64,000 bases of DNA from Lineus longissimus (Eukaryota). The notes beneath the pieces were generated by a model, which searched no databases, was not told where the DNA came from, and saw only the letters and a list, made by a program, of their open reading frames with translations. A program made the position numbers and the translations under genes. Below, piece after piece: positions 1 to 13,257 of the stretch (position 1 is its first letter; every line of letters starts with the position of its first letter). Location of the stretch: assembly GCF_910592395.1 (NCBI RefSeq), contig NC_088308.1:310001-374000 (forward strand), given 5' to 3'.

Positions 1-330
1 CAGGTCTGTTAAGTATTCTTCATGTCAGTTTCTTAATCACCTCTCACGTCTTGCCAAGTACAGTTTAATCAGGTTCATTTAGAAAGATTAGTCCGTCCCC
101 TCTCGCTCATTTCATATAGTTAACTACACATCGTCTTAGATCGTTCAATCAAGCCACGCGTAGAGCCAACAGATCAGCTCTGTTGTCCCCATCAGGTGAG
201 CGGCAGTCGAGCATTAATCAATAGTACTTCGTCCCAGATGTCAGCAACACAACGTTTAACTTGGCGAACGCAAATTGAAATGGGATCATTTTGTCAAGAA
301 CAGGTCTCATGGGTGATTAAGAACATTAAA

Positions 331-3255
331 GCTGGCCAGCACGGGACCGGGTTACTTTCGAATGGTCTTAGCGAGGTCGAACTGCCAGATTAGCAAGGTG
401 GTTGTGCTGGCCAACACGGGACCGCGTTACTTTCGAATGGTCTTAGCGAGGTCGAACTGCCAGATTAGCAAGGTGGTTGTGCTGGCCAGCACGGGACCGG
501 GTTACTTTCGAATGGTCTTAGCGAGGTCGAACTGCCAGATTAGCAAGGTGGTTGTGCTGGCCAGCACGGGACCGGGTTACTTTCGAATGGTCTCAGCGAG
601 GTCGAACTGCCAGATTAGCAAGGTGGTTGTGCTGGCCAGCACGGGACCGGGTTACTTTCGAATGGTCTTAGCGAGGTCGAACTGCCAGATTAGCAAGGTG
701 GTTGTGCTGGCCAGCACGGGACCGGGTTACTTTCGAATGGTCTTAGCGAGGTCGAACTGCCAGATTAGCAAGGTGGTTGTGCTGGCCAGCACGGGACCGG
801 GTTACTTTCGAATGGTCTTAGCGAGGTCGAACTGCCAGATTAGCAAGGTGGTTGTGCTGGCCAGCACGGGACCGGGTTACTTTCGAATGGTCTTAGCGAG
901 GTCGAACTGCCAGATTAGCAAGGTGGCTGTGCTGGCCAGCACGGGACCGGGTTACTTTCGAATGGTCTTAGCGAGGTCGAACTGCCAGATTAGCAAGGTG
1001 GTTGTGCTGGCCAGCACGGGACCGGGTTACTTTCGAATGGTCTTAGCGAGGTCGAACTGCCAGATTAGCAAGGTGGTTGTGCTGGCCAGCACGGGACCGG
1101 GTTACTTTCGAATGGTCTTAGCGAGGTCGAACTGCCAGATTAGCAAGGTGGTTGTGCTGGCCAGCACGGGACCGGGTTACTTTCGAATGGTCTCAGCGAG
1201 GTCGAACTGCCAGATTAGCAAGGTGGCTGTGCTGGCCAGCACGGGACCGGGTTACTTTCGAATGGTCTCAGCGAGGTCGAACTGCCAGATTAGCAAGGTG
1301 GCTGTGCTGGCCAGCACGGGACCGGGTTACTTTCGAATGGTCTCAGCGAGGTCGAACTGCCAGATTAGCAAGGTGGCTGTGCTGGCCAGCACGGGACCGG
1401 GTTACTTTCGAATGGTCTTAGCGAGGTCGAACTGCCAGATTAGCAAGGTGGTTGTGCTGGCCAGCACGGGACCGGGTTACTTTCGAATGGTCTCAGCGAG
1501 GTCGAACTGCCAGATTAGCAAGGTGGCTGTGCTGGCCAGCACGGGACCGGGTTACTTTCGAATGGTCTCAGCGAGGTCGAACTTCCAGATTAGCAAGGTG
1601 GTTGTGCTGGCCAGCACGGGACCGGGTTACTTTCGAATGGTCTCAGCGAGGTCGAACTGCCAGATTAGCAAGGTGGCTGTGCTGGCCAACACGGGACCGG
1701 GTTACTTTCGAATGGTCTCAGCGAGGTCGAACTGCCAGATTAGCAAGGTGGCTGTGCTGGCCAGCACGGGACCGGGTTACTTTCGAATGGTCTCAGCGAG
1801 GTCGAACTGCCAGATTAGCAAGGTGGTTGTGCTGGCCAGCACGGGACCGGGTTACTTTCGAATGGTCTTAGCGAGGTCGAACTGCCAGATTAGCAAGGTG
1901 GTTGTGCTGGCCAGCACGGGACCGGGTTACTTTCGAATGGTCTCAGCGAGGTCGAACTGCCAGATCAGCAAGGTGGTTGTGCTGGCCAGCACGGGACCGG
2001 GTTACTTTCGAATGGTCTCAGCGAGGTCGAACTGCCAGATTAGCAAGGTGGTTGTGCTGGCCAGCACGGGACCGAGTTACTTTCGAATGGTCTCAGCGAG
2101 GTCGAACTGCCAGATTAGCAAGGTGGCTGTGCTGGCCAGCACGGGACCGGGTTACTTTCGAATGGTCTCAGCGAGGTCGAACTGCCAGATTAGCAAGGTG
2201 GCTGTGCTGGCCAGCACGGGACCGGGTTACTTTCGAATGGTCTTAGCGAGGTCGAACTGCCAGATTAGCAAGGTGGTTGTGCTGGCCAGCACGGGACCGG
2301 GTTACTTTCGAATGGTCTTAGCGAGGTCGAACTGCCAGATTAGCAAGGTGGTTGTGCTGGCCAGCACGGGACCGGGTTACTTTCGAATGGTCTCAGCGAG
2401 GTCGAACTGCCAGATTAGCAAGGTGGTTGTGCTGGCCAGCACGGGACCGGGTTACTTTCGAATGGTCTTAGCGAGGTCGAACTGCCAGATTAGCAAGGTG
2501 GTTGTGCTGGCCAGCACGGGACCGGGTTACTTTCGAATGGTCTCAGCGAGGTCGAACTGCCAGATTAGCAAGGTGGTTGTGCTGGCCAGCACGGGACCGG
2601 GTTACTTTCGAATGGTCTTAGCGAGGTCGAACTGCCAGATTAAGGTGGTTGTGCTGGCCAGCACGGGACCGGGTTACTTTCGAATGGTCTTAGCGAGGTC
2701 GAACTGCCAGATTAGCAAGGTGGCTGTGCTGGCCAGCACGGGACCGGGTTACTTTCGAATGGTCTTAGCGAGGTCGAACTGCCAGATTAGCAAGGTGGTT
2801 GTGCTGGCCAGCACGGGACCGGGTTACTTTCGAATGGTCTTAGCGAGGTCGAACTGCCAGATTAGCAAGGTGGTTGTGCTGGCCAGCACGGGACCGGGTT
2901 ACTTTCGAATGGTCTCAGCGAGGTCGAACTGCCAGATTAGCAAGGTGGTTGTGCTGGCCAGCACGGGACCGGGTTACTTTCGAATGGTCTCAGCGAGGTC
3001 GAACTGCCAGATTAGCAAGGTGGTTGTGCTGGCCAGCACGGGACCGGGTTACTTTCGAATGGTCTCAGCGAGGTCGAACTGCCAGATTAGCAAGGTGGCT
3101 GTGCTGGCCAGCACGGGACCGGGTTACTTTCGAATGGTCTTAGCGAGGTCGAACTGCCAGATTAGCAAGGTGGTTGTGCTGGCCAGCACGGGACCGGGTT
3201 ACTTTCGAATGGTCTCAGCGAGGTCGAACTGCCAGATCAGCAAGGTGGTTGTGCT
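331..3255. repeat. 75-bp tandem repeat (minisatellite), ~39 near-identical copies
   Basis: Unit GCTGGCCAGCACGGGACCGGGTTACTTTCGAATGGTCT(T/C)AGCGAGGTCGAACTGCCAGATTAGCAAGGTGG(T/C)TGT repeats head-to-tail. One copy near 2641 lacks 3 bp. Confidence 0.98.
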
Positions 3256-3276
3256 TTTCATGTCATAACTTTATTT

Positions 3277-5295
3277 CCAACTCCTCTCACGCCTTGTCGC
3301 AAACAACTTAGATCGTTTGGAAGGTTTCGTCCCCAACTCCTCTCACGCCTTGTCGCAAACAGCTTAGATCGTTTGGAAGGTTTCGTCCCCAACTCCTCTC
3401 ACGCCTTGTCGCAAACAGCTTAGATCGTTTGGAAGGTTTCGTCCCCAACTCCTCTCACGCCTTGTCGCAAACATATTAGATCGTTTGGAAGGTTTCGTCC
3501 CCAACTCCTCTCACGCCTTGTCGCAAACAGCTTAGATCGTTTGAAAGGGTTCGTCCCCAACTCCTCTCACGCCTTGTCGCAAACAGCTTAGATCGTTTGG
3601 AAGGTTTAGTCCCCAACTCCTCTCACGCCTTGTCGCAAACAGCTTAGATCGTTTGGAAGGTTTCGTCCCCAGCTCCTCTCACGCCTTGTCGCAAACAGCT
3701 TAGATCGTTTGGAAGGTTTCGTCCCCAACTCCTCTCACGCCTTGTCGCAAGCAGCTTAGATCGTTTGGAAGGTTTCGCCCCCAACTCCTCTCACGCCTTG
3801 TCGCAAACAGCTTAGATCGTTTGGAAGTTTTCGTCCCCAGCTCCTCTCACGCCTTGTCGCAAACAGCTTGGATCGTTTGGAAGGTTTAGTCCCCAACTCC
3901 TCTCACGCCTTGTCGCAAACAGCTTAGATCGTTTGGAAGGTTTCGTCCCCAGCTCCTCTCACGCCTTGTCGCAAACAGCTTAGATCGTTTGGAAGGTTTC
4001 GTCCCCAACTCCTCTCACGCCTTGTCGCAAGCAGCTTAGATCGTTTGGAAGGTTTCGCCCCCAACTCCTCTCACGCCTTGTCGCAAACAGCTTAGATCGT
4101 TTGGAAGTTTTCGTCCCCAGCTCCTCTCACGCCTTGTCGCAAACAGCTTGGATCGTTTGGAAGGTTTAGTCCCCAACTCCTCTCACGCCTTGTCGCAAAC
4201 AGCTTAGATCGTTTGGAAGGGTTCGTCCCCAGCTCCTCTCACGCCTTGTCGCAAACAGCTTAGATCGTTTGGAAGGGTTCGTCCCCAACTCCTCTCACGC
4301 CTTGTCGCAAACAGCTTAGATCGTTTGGAAGGGTTCGTCCCCAGCTCCTCGCACGCCTTGTCGCAAATAGCTTGGATCGTTTGGAAGGTTTAGTCCCCAA
4401 CTCCACTCACGCCTTGTCGCAAACAGCTTGGATCGTTTGGAAGGTTTCGTGGCCTGCTCCTCTCACGCCTTGTCGCAAACAGCTTAGATCGTTTGGAAGG
4501 GTTCGTCCCCAACTCCTCTCACGCCTTGTCGCAAACAGCTTGGATCGTTTGAAAGGGTTCGTCCCCAGCTCCTCTCACGCCTTGTCGCAAACAGCTTGGA
4601 TCGTTTGGAAGGTTTCGTCCCCAGCTCCTCTCACGCCTTGTCGCAAACAGCTTGGATCGTTTGGAAGGGTTCGTCCCCAACTCCTCTCACGCCTTGTCGC
4701 AAACAGCTTGGATCGTTTGGAAGGTTTCGTCCCCAACTCCTCTCACGCCTTGTCACAAACAACTTAGATCGTTTGGAAGGTTTCGTCCCCAACTCCTCTC
4801 ACGCCTTGTCGCAAACAGCTTAGATCGTTTGGAAGGTTTCGTCCCCAACTCCTCTCCCGCCTTGTCGCAAACAGCTTGGATCGTTTGGAAGGTTTCGTCC
4901 CCAACTCCTCTCACGCCTTGTCGCAAACAGCTTAGATCGTTTGGAAGGGTTCGTCCCCAACTCCTCTCACGCCTTGTCGCAAACAGATTAGATCGTTTGA
5001 AAGGTTTCGTCCCCAGCTCCTCTCACGCCTTGTCGCAAACAGCTTAGATCGTTTGAAAGGGTTCGTCCCCAACTCCTCTCACGCCTTGTCGCAAACAGCT
5101 TAGATGGTTTGAAAGGGTTCGTCCCCAACTCCTCTCACGCCTTGTCGCAAACAGCTTAGATCGTTTGAAAGGGTTCGTCCCCAACTCCTCTCACGCCTTG
5201 TCGCAAACAGCTTAGATCGTTTGAAAGGGTTCGTCCCCAACTCCTCTCACGCCTTGTCGCAAACAGCTTAGATCGTTTGGAAGGGTTCGTCCCCA
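3277..5295. repeat. 56-bp tandem repeat, ~36 copies
   Basis: Unit CCAACTCCTCTCACGCCTTGTCGCAAACAGCTTAGATCGTTTGGAAGGTTTCGTCC repeats head-to-tail with scattered substitutions. Confidence 0.98.
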
Positions 5296-6675
5296 TCTCC
5301 CCTCGTTTGCTACCATCAACTACACGATGTTGCAAAGCATTCACTGACAATCGATCTCCTCTTTCTAACTAGAAGATCATCTCTGTTGTCTCTTTATGAG
5401 GTCAGCAATTCTTGGTTGTTGATCACGTTCTCTAACACTGCCCAACATGGGTGAACATAGCGAAGAAGACTTACTTGTCTAAAGGTCACGGGGATAATTG
5501 GGAGGGTTTATTGAAGACTGTAGGTGAACTGGTTGCTCTATGATGCCTCATGGCTATGTGACTAGCTGGTCGGTGGCACACCTTGTCAAGGTGAATAGTC
5601 AAAAGCACTTTACAATACTCAGGTCATATATCGAAAATGCTTTTAGTAAAATATCGTATGTTCACGCGCGCCTCCAGGTATACCCCGCCTTTCCAAAACG
5701 TATGTTGTTTGTGTGAGTTTGTCTTCATGGTGTTTATTCGGTTAGCAGATATCTACTCAAACCTGATAGTGCTGTAGCTGAGGGAGTATTCATGTTGCTA
5801 GTCGGAGATACGAATCTGGCTCGGATTCTGAAAAGGTCCAGGAGAGGGTTTCAAGAGGGGCTTCGTATGTTAACATAGACCCGACGCTGAGAGTTCGATT
5901 CCAAATCGAATATGCCTCCTAAGTAGGGAATCTTGGTTGAGTTACCTGGACCCTCTGCACTTAGAAATATTAGTTGGTGATAACATGACATTTTGATAGT
6001 ATCGCTATTAATGTCCTGTTAAAAACAGTACGCCAACCAAGTATACTATGCGTGCATTTAACAAATCCTGGTTAACCATGTCATCATTTTTAAAGTCACT
6101 TTTCCTAATCATTGAGATACCTATTAGATCTATTAAAGTGCGGTTGCAACTTCCTAGACAGCCAGAATCCATGAAAGACAGGTCTCGAGGTAGAAGAGGA
6201 TTGTTATTAGTAGATTCGATCGTTCTCCTCCTCTGTCCCATATGTTACGATCAGGCTGTATTTGGTAACCATCGCGTCAAGGCTCAAATAACCTTTTTCT
6301 CAATATAGCTGAATGTGCTAAAATTGATCACAAATAAAAAACAAGTACAACGCTGGTTAGAAATAGCATCGTGTACCATTAACATTTCAAGCAGAATTTG
6401 AGTCGTGACAAAATTCGCAGTGCAAAACGATATCTTGGTTTTCTTGGTTTTTGCTAACTCGACGCTTCTATCAACATGATACAGGGAATACTACGAGTTG
6501 AAGGAGCCAAGTGGAAAAGTAAATAGATTTTGATCTCATCAAACTTGGCCATAACTCGAGAGAGTGTTTCTTGCATCGATAAAAGACTGATTTCTAAACA
6601 CTACTAGTGGTACTCATGGTTATTTGGAAATCACTTAGTTCAACATGATTGTCGTTTGGTTGCATCTTCATCGAG

Positions 6676-7710
6676 ATGGACGGGACTTCCTTGCAGATTA
6701 TCAGTGGTTCCTATGAAAATAACTCCAAACAAATAGTAAGCGCTGAGAATGACAAGAAACTGGTACACGACATCTTTGGGTTTGTAATCAATCTTTTAAG
6801 TAACTATGCATGTCCAGTAATCGTCGGGGTAGGCTGCACGAACAACCTTCTCGTCCTGGTCGTGTTCTCCCAGACAAGATACAGGGTCATCGTTAATTGC
6901 ATCTACCTCCGATTCCTTGCTGTGTCCGATGCCCTAAATTTGATTTGCATGGCGATCGTCTTGACGGGAAACAGTATGAGTGTGCTAATCAGAACATTAG
7001 GAGACAGCTTCTGTGGCCTAATGAACTTCCTTGCTTTCATGCTTACCGCTTCATCAAACTGGACGCTCGTCATCATGACCTTTACACGGTTTGTAGCGGT
7101 AGTTTATCCATTACAAGCATTGGTATGGTGCACTAAGAGGGCGGCTAGAATTTATTTGCTAAGCATAGTATTTATCTTTTCCCTGTGGGCCTTGCCAGCT
7201 GGTGTTTTCTCGAAGGCTCCCAGTTCAACAGCTCTCACAGCTTTCCAATGCATCTTAAGAATGCCTGTTAAGCTTGCGACTGCCTATGAGGTAGGCCATA
7301 GTGCATTGGCTCAGGTTCTTCCATTTCTTTTGATATTAACTTTCAATTCTTGTATATCTCTCAAGCTCCGTCATAGAACAGAGGAAATCAAGTCAATGAC
7401 TTCTCAAGTGAAAGAAAACCGTGATGAGGCTATGGTGAAAACCATGGTCATTGCGGTAACTATAGTCTATCTTATCCTTGTCCTACCATACGTCTGTCAA
7501 GTCTCGGTGTGGCAGGTCTTACTCATGATTAAGAAGCTCGACGCATTCCAGTTGCAGCAAAGGTATTTTTCATACAGCGTGACCACAACTCTTTATGCTG
7601 TTAACTCCGCGGTCAATTTTTATCTTTACTGTATTTGCTGTAAGAAATTCCGGCAGGATCTCACGAGTGTGATTTTCGGTCCGTGTTTAAAGAAGCGATT
7701 GGTGGTGTGA
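6676..7710 (+). CDS. Intronless class A (rhodopsin-like) GPCR, orphan FMRFamide/sex-peptide-receptor-like group, ~344 aa
   Basis: Seven hydrophobic segments. TM1 GCTNN, TM2 YLRFLAVSD, TM3 SNWTLVIMTFTRFVAVVYPL (TRF in place of DRY), TM5 LPF, TM6 LVLPY, TM7 NSAVNFYLY followed by helix 8 KKFRQDL. First ATG at 6676; the ORF-track start at 6649 is TTG. Confidence 0.92.
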   Translation: MDGTSLQIISGSYENNSKQIVSAENDKKLVHDIFGFVINLLSNYACPVIVGVGCTNNLLVLVVFSQTRYRVIVNCIYLRFLAVSDALNLICMAIVLTGNSMSVLIRTLGDSFCGLMNFLAFMLTASSNWTLVIMTFTRFVAVVYPLQALVWCTKRAARIYLLSIVFIFSLWALPAGVFSKAPSSTALTAFQCILRMPVKLATAYEVGHSALAQVLPFLLILTFNSCISLKLRHRTEEIKSMTSQVKENRDEAMVKTMVIAVTIVYLILVLPYVCQVSVWQVLLMIKKLDAFQLQQRYFSYSVTTTLYAVNSAVNFYLYCICCKKFRQDLTSVIFGPCLKKRLVV

Positions 7711-8764
7711 TGGAACAAACACAAGGAAAAACAAACAACTGTACCTAATGGCATTCAGCTTCGGTCAAAAATTAACGTTGGGCACATTTGTCTGTGTTGT
7801 CATGATTCTCTTGTGAATTGGTGATGACGATGACAATGATGCCTTGTACGCTTTTCCTTTGTAGGCGTGGGAGATGACGATTCTTACATTTCAAGCGTTG
7901 GCATTTGTAAGAAAGGTTTAGCATGGGAAGGCTTTGTATCCGCTGTGTTACTCTGGAAAGCGAATTATTGCTGCCGTCGGACATCATATTGGAGTGTCTC
8001 TGCTGTTTGTGGTTTTACATTATTTTTAGTTTGCTATCTCCCCTTCCTCATAGGAAATGTCATAAGGATAACAACGAATATGCACTGTCCCCGAGCACAT
8101 ATAAACTTAACCAAAATATCAAGAACAGCTTATTTGCTTAACATTAATGTCGGAATGAATCATACCCATGAAAGAGACTTATCACAGCAAGGATATCGAA
8201 AGCCTTAACGGAAGGTTTAAGATTTTGATGAGATTTAGCTGTCGTCGAGTACGTAAGGTTACTGCTATCACTTTAGTGAGAGCCGGAGGTGATTCACCTT
8301 CAAAGTCGATTCACTGGTTATAAACAGATGTGACCGAATGACATTCAAAGTAAGCCGGCACATCTTTTTCATTACAAACCAAGCAAGTACAACTCTGGTT
8401 AGAGCTGTGATAATAGGTGTGACTTGCAATGCATTCTGTCAAGTGAGGTTCCACCCCAATACTGCTCTTCAATTCACATCAGCAGGAGATTCTGCTCTTT
8501 GTTGTAGTTATTAAGGAATAATGTTTTTTAATAGCGAGATCTTCGCTGAGAGGCGATATTATCATCTGCTGCCAGCAATAGTTGATGATTAAAGCTGACA
8601 TGAATGCATAAAAACACTAACGGCCAAGTTCGAAAACACCAAACGACCAACTGCACTTGAAACATGATAGACAACTAGCGACTAATCCCACTTGACTCAA
8701 AACAACAAGTTCATTGACGAGACTGGTCACAGAGACGCTCTCATGCAAAAAAATGAAAAATATC

Positions 8765-8833
8765 ACTCGAGCGGGTTCGAACTCGGAACCCTCGCCACTT
8801 GATCACTGTAGTGTTACTCACTACGCCATGAGG
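8765..8833 (-). mobile_element. tRNA-derived SINE head (Pol III A/B boxes), fragment
   Basis: Minus strand reads CCTCATGGCGTAGTGAG...GAGTTCGAACCCGCTCGAGTG: A-box-like TGGCGTAGTGAG and B-box-like GTTCGAACC at tRNA spacing, with no convincing cloverleaf. Confidence 0.5.
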
Positions 8834-11800
8834 CCGATGACAATGTTGATAATATTTCGATCATATTGGTCTTCCTGGTTAGTCTGAGGTCTTCCTGCTC
8901 ACTGCTCCTCCACCTCGGCAGGTCTATCAGTTCACCACAGCTGCTGTGTAGCAAGCTACGCGTTTGCTCACTGCATATACCCGGGGGGTGAGGGGGGGGG
9001 ACAATAGACCCGAAAGGGAACTGAAGCAATCCATCATCTCCAATCTCGCTAAGTAGAATATGTCTTCAGGAATCTACCAATGCATGGTCAATGTGAAGGT
9101 CAGCAATGTGAACTCACCCATTGACAGCCTCGACTCACATTAGGCTATTCAAGCACCCAGTAGATACCAAACACTTTCCCTTTTGGAAAGGCGATGTCTA
9201 CCTTCAAACGTGAACATAATAATATTTCCATATGTCGGTAATAGGGCCTGAACCAATTTCTTTGTCAATAGGTGTTGTGGATGCCTGTAAACATGAGTTC
9301 CCTTCTTTATCTTAACATACAGTCAATCTCGTCAGCTACCTTTGGGCAATTTCGACAAACCATTCGACATGTACTGAAGGATTTCAGATTGATTATGTTT
9401 ATTTCAGGCTGTTTTTGCCTGGCCTTGTCAATGAGTTCAGGACAGACTGCATTTCACATCGGAGGCGGTTTAATTAGGTAATGGGTTGATGATAGATGAA
9501 TCAATCATTTGTCTTGGTCCCGATTGAACAAACCTCAGAATGGCTATCAGTATCAAAATCTACTTCCTACGAGCCTATTGGAGTATGGCTTCGTTTTTTG
9601 TTTAGCAAAAGTAACACGTCGAGGCTCGTCTCTCAGCTTTTCTTAGTCGGCACCTTTCATTGGACAGGTCATTTTCTTTGGCATTCGTCACCTCAATCTT
9701 CCCACGGATGTTAAGGTGCTACCTTAGGCTCACGTAACATTGATCTCCAACTGCAAAGATATCGGAGAGGCCATGAAAGTGCTCCAGTTCCTGGAGTCCG
9801 GCATTCTTACCATTGTAAGGCAAAACGTGGCATGGAAAACATGTTTTGACATGACGAGGTGGATTGCCCCATCCGCATCTCCAAGCTATTCAGCCTTGAC
9901 TCCGTATACGCCGTCCCTTTCCCATCACATCGGAAGAGTCAGTTCAATCAATAACGAAATCGTGACGACTGCAGCTATCGAGGAGAAACAGGTTATTCAA
10001 AGCTGACCCGTCAATACTGCGACATTGAAGAACCATCCTGGTATCAAGGGTGAGAACCTCACATCAATAATCGATGTCTGATACAGCTGTCAGTTCTCCC
10101 GAGATAAGTATAATGGAATAGAAGATAATGGGTCATGGAATGTCTTAGGCCTATAGCACGAATGGCAGGGGACTCCTGCTCAAGACACTACATCTCCTCG
10201 AATTCTCGACTGACGGCCAAGGAACCAGTATCATTACCCCTTCCCCAACAGATATCCGTGACAAACTGATGATATCGTCAGAACCACCTGACCTTCAGCA
10301 TTCAAACGATGGTCGTGACCATGACCCTAGATTTTGAGAATTTAAAACGGAGGCATCCAATCGATCAAATGGCGTATTGAGCTAAGGAAAACCAATATCA
10401 AATTTATGTTACCATCCAAGTATTTGTGTACTGAACTAAATCAGTTATCATAACACCGTTGACATGGTTGATGACCGTTTCAACCCTTCTGACCGGTCAG
10501 TAGCGAAGAGGTCATCGTATCAGGTCAATTATTCGATGCTCAGTACATGTGATATTCACCTTTCTCGAATTTGGCCTCTGGAATAGGCGAGGATCTGCTA
10601 CTGGTATACACCTGGTTGGAGCAAATCACACAAAAATAACTTCCTAGAGTTTCACGCCGATTTTGGTGTTGGAACAAGGGATCTCTTGAGCCACTTGTCC
10701 ATTGCGGCTCCTCCCCAAAGCCCTCTAGACATTTGGGTTAAATCCCGGCTGTTCCAAGCCCTACTCAGAACGCCCAAGACAGAAAACATACCTTTCCTGC
10801 CAACTCCGAAGAAGCCACTGATGATCGTGTCCATTAAAAAGACATCTTCCTGTTGATTATTAAGGCTTGCGTGACACGCATCTCAACCTCTGATAAAAGA
10901 GATGCGAGCTACTTGAAGTATTCCTTTCCCGCTATAATTAGCGTCCCTGAGTTGTTATTAGGGTTGGTCAGACACGTCTCATGGCTGTTATATATAGAAA
11001 CACGGCTGTTAGAAATGAGACGGGAGGAAGATGGGGGAGTAGTTGTTTTGATAAGTCTGCTTCGAAGGGCATTTTGGAATGTCTGGCTTTTCGGTGTGGT
11101 TCGAGATGCCCTGATTTTCTATTCGAAAACAGCGAAAACCTTCTCCACACAGATGGCGATAAGTTTAAAACAGCCTCTGGCCTTACACTGAGGGTTAGTT
11201 ACACTTTGGGTAAGACGGAGAGCATGATTTTAAAGTCGCACCATGATATCATACTATCAATTTTTTAAATCATTCACGAGCAGCTTATTTACAGTTATAT
11301 GAACTTTAAATGTTGCTGAAATCAATGATATATAAACTTTTGCAACTTTTCATCCTGTCATGATTTGCCTTTCTCATTGTATTTGTCCAACGCAAAGATA
11401 TGATATTGGACCTAAGAAGGTAATACAGCTCATCAGTTTTACAAAGAGTGTTCCCCTCGGTGCTGTCTTCTGGAACCTCAGATATCTGACAAATTATAAA
11501 TACGCCACCACAGGACACCCAAGGGCACTATTGTTTGGTCGCAATATCATGATTGTTAGCTAAATGTCACTGAGGTTGAGTCATTTGTAACATCCTGTCG
11601 AGCGATTCAGGGCAAAACATACGATAAAGCCAATCACGAGAGGCTATTTATCTTGCCTAGCTCTTCCGGACTGATGTTATGGACCAAGTGGAAACATCAC
11701 ATGCTCATAAGTCGGCGCTTCAGCTGATTGTTCAGTGCCCTCTAGTGGCCGGTGAAATCGTTCCACCTTCACTTCCATAGACAGACACAATAGAAATGTG

Positions 11801-13257
11801 GCGTAACAATGAATAAATACAACAAACTCAGCTGAGAAGAAACAGATATATGATGACCAAGACACAAACATGAGAACACTTTGAGTCAACACACCGGTTA
11901 ATCAGATTGTGTCGGTAGTCGTATTCCTCGTTTTCAAAAGATACGGTAGATCGATTTTTCTCATTTAGCCCAGTTTCAGCACATCTCGTCAATCGATTGT
12001 TGGCTAGACATCGGGTCAGGGCAAGGCTTGGGGTTGTGAAAGCTTTGGCTTAGGGCAGATTTTGAGAAGGGTTTACACCAGCATCCGAGCTGGCTGATAA
12101 TGATTGATTTTGAAGTGTTCATCATCACCTACCCCCATGTGATATTGCTAATTCTATATCACGATGAATTGCAAGAATAATTCGGCAAATTCCGTCTGCC
12201 ATTAATCCTACTTTGCGTGCGAGGGAGACATTGGGTCATTTTGGACATTAAAAACGTTTCACCAGCATAACGGGTTGCGTTCAGAACAAACGAAAGTGAT
12301 TGATGGTAGGTTGTAGTGATCATTCCTCATCATTTTCCCAACTGAACGATGTCTTTTTTCGTTTCTTCTATCAATCTAAATGATAATCAGTCCGTCTGCC
12401 ATCAGTCTTGTTTCATGGGCAGTAGGCACGGTAGGAGAAAATGTAGCCCTTTCTTTACGAGAGGATGATCGATCGTCACTAGTTATTCGTCTCCTCACTT
12501 GTTGTGCCCTGGTTGACGGACAGAAAGAGACGCCGTCATATTCACCAGTTGAATTTTTTCATAAGTTCGAAATTCTGAAAAATTTTCAAAGCCAAATTTT
12601 TTTGGGGGCTGATGATGTTTCCTCATTTTGAGCAGAATGTTTTTGGGATAAGAGGCATTTAACAAGCGTGTATTTTTATTTGATGCAAGTTACCGAGCAC
12701 GCGTTGGGTTGGCTGGGTTTATTCTTTGCCATCTGTAAGTCACTACTGGTACTTACTTTATCCATTTATCCTTTACTAGTTTTATTATTTTGTAACCTCT
12801 TTCAATCTACCTGCGGTATCGTCTTGCAAAAAACGAACTGCAGAGGATTATTTCAGCGATGCTGATAACAGTGGTTGAATGAGCTGGTACATTTTCCACA
12901 TATCTGAGATTACCATCATTTGCACTGGCTGCAACCACTTCAATCTCGGCTAGTATACATTTCCAGCATAGTTTGAGTATCATGTTGAATCGCGATGGAG
13001 TCTCTTCACTCTACTATTCTCTGTTTAACACAAGTATTGAGATCTAAGATGGCGTCTGTTAGCAACAGATAGTAAAAGCAGATTTGCTGTCATTCTTATC
13101 ATTCCAGGTTCAGAAAGGAAAACAATATCGGCGAAAACAACATGCTACTCTCGCTAGCGATGCAGCCTGCTCTTGGATTTCAAAAGAGAAGACCACGCCT
13201 TGATTCGATCTCTGATTGGAATGGACCCAGTAGACTCGAATAAGAGATAACCTTACG

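Noticed and set aside
4372..5350. Overlapping ORFs in the 56-bp array
   Set aside because: The unit is not a multiple of 3; the ORFs arise from TAG-to-TGG variants of the satellite.
8830..11250. Possible decayed LINE (e.g. minus-strand KKLVQAL near 9250-9270)
   Set aside because: Only one short motif, no continuous RT or endonuclease frame; a translated HMM search against Dfam would be needed.
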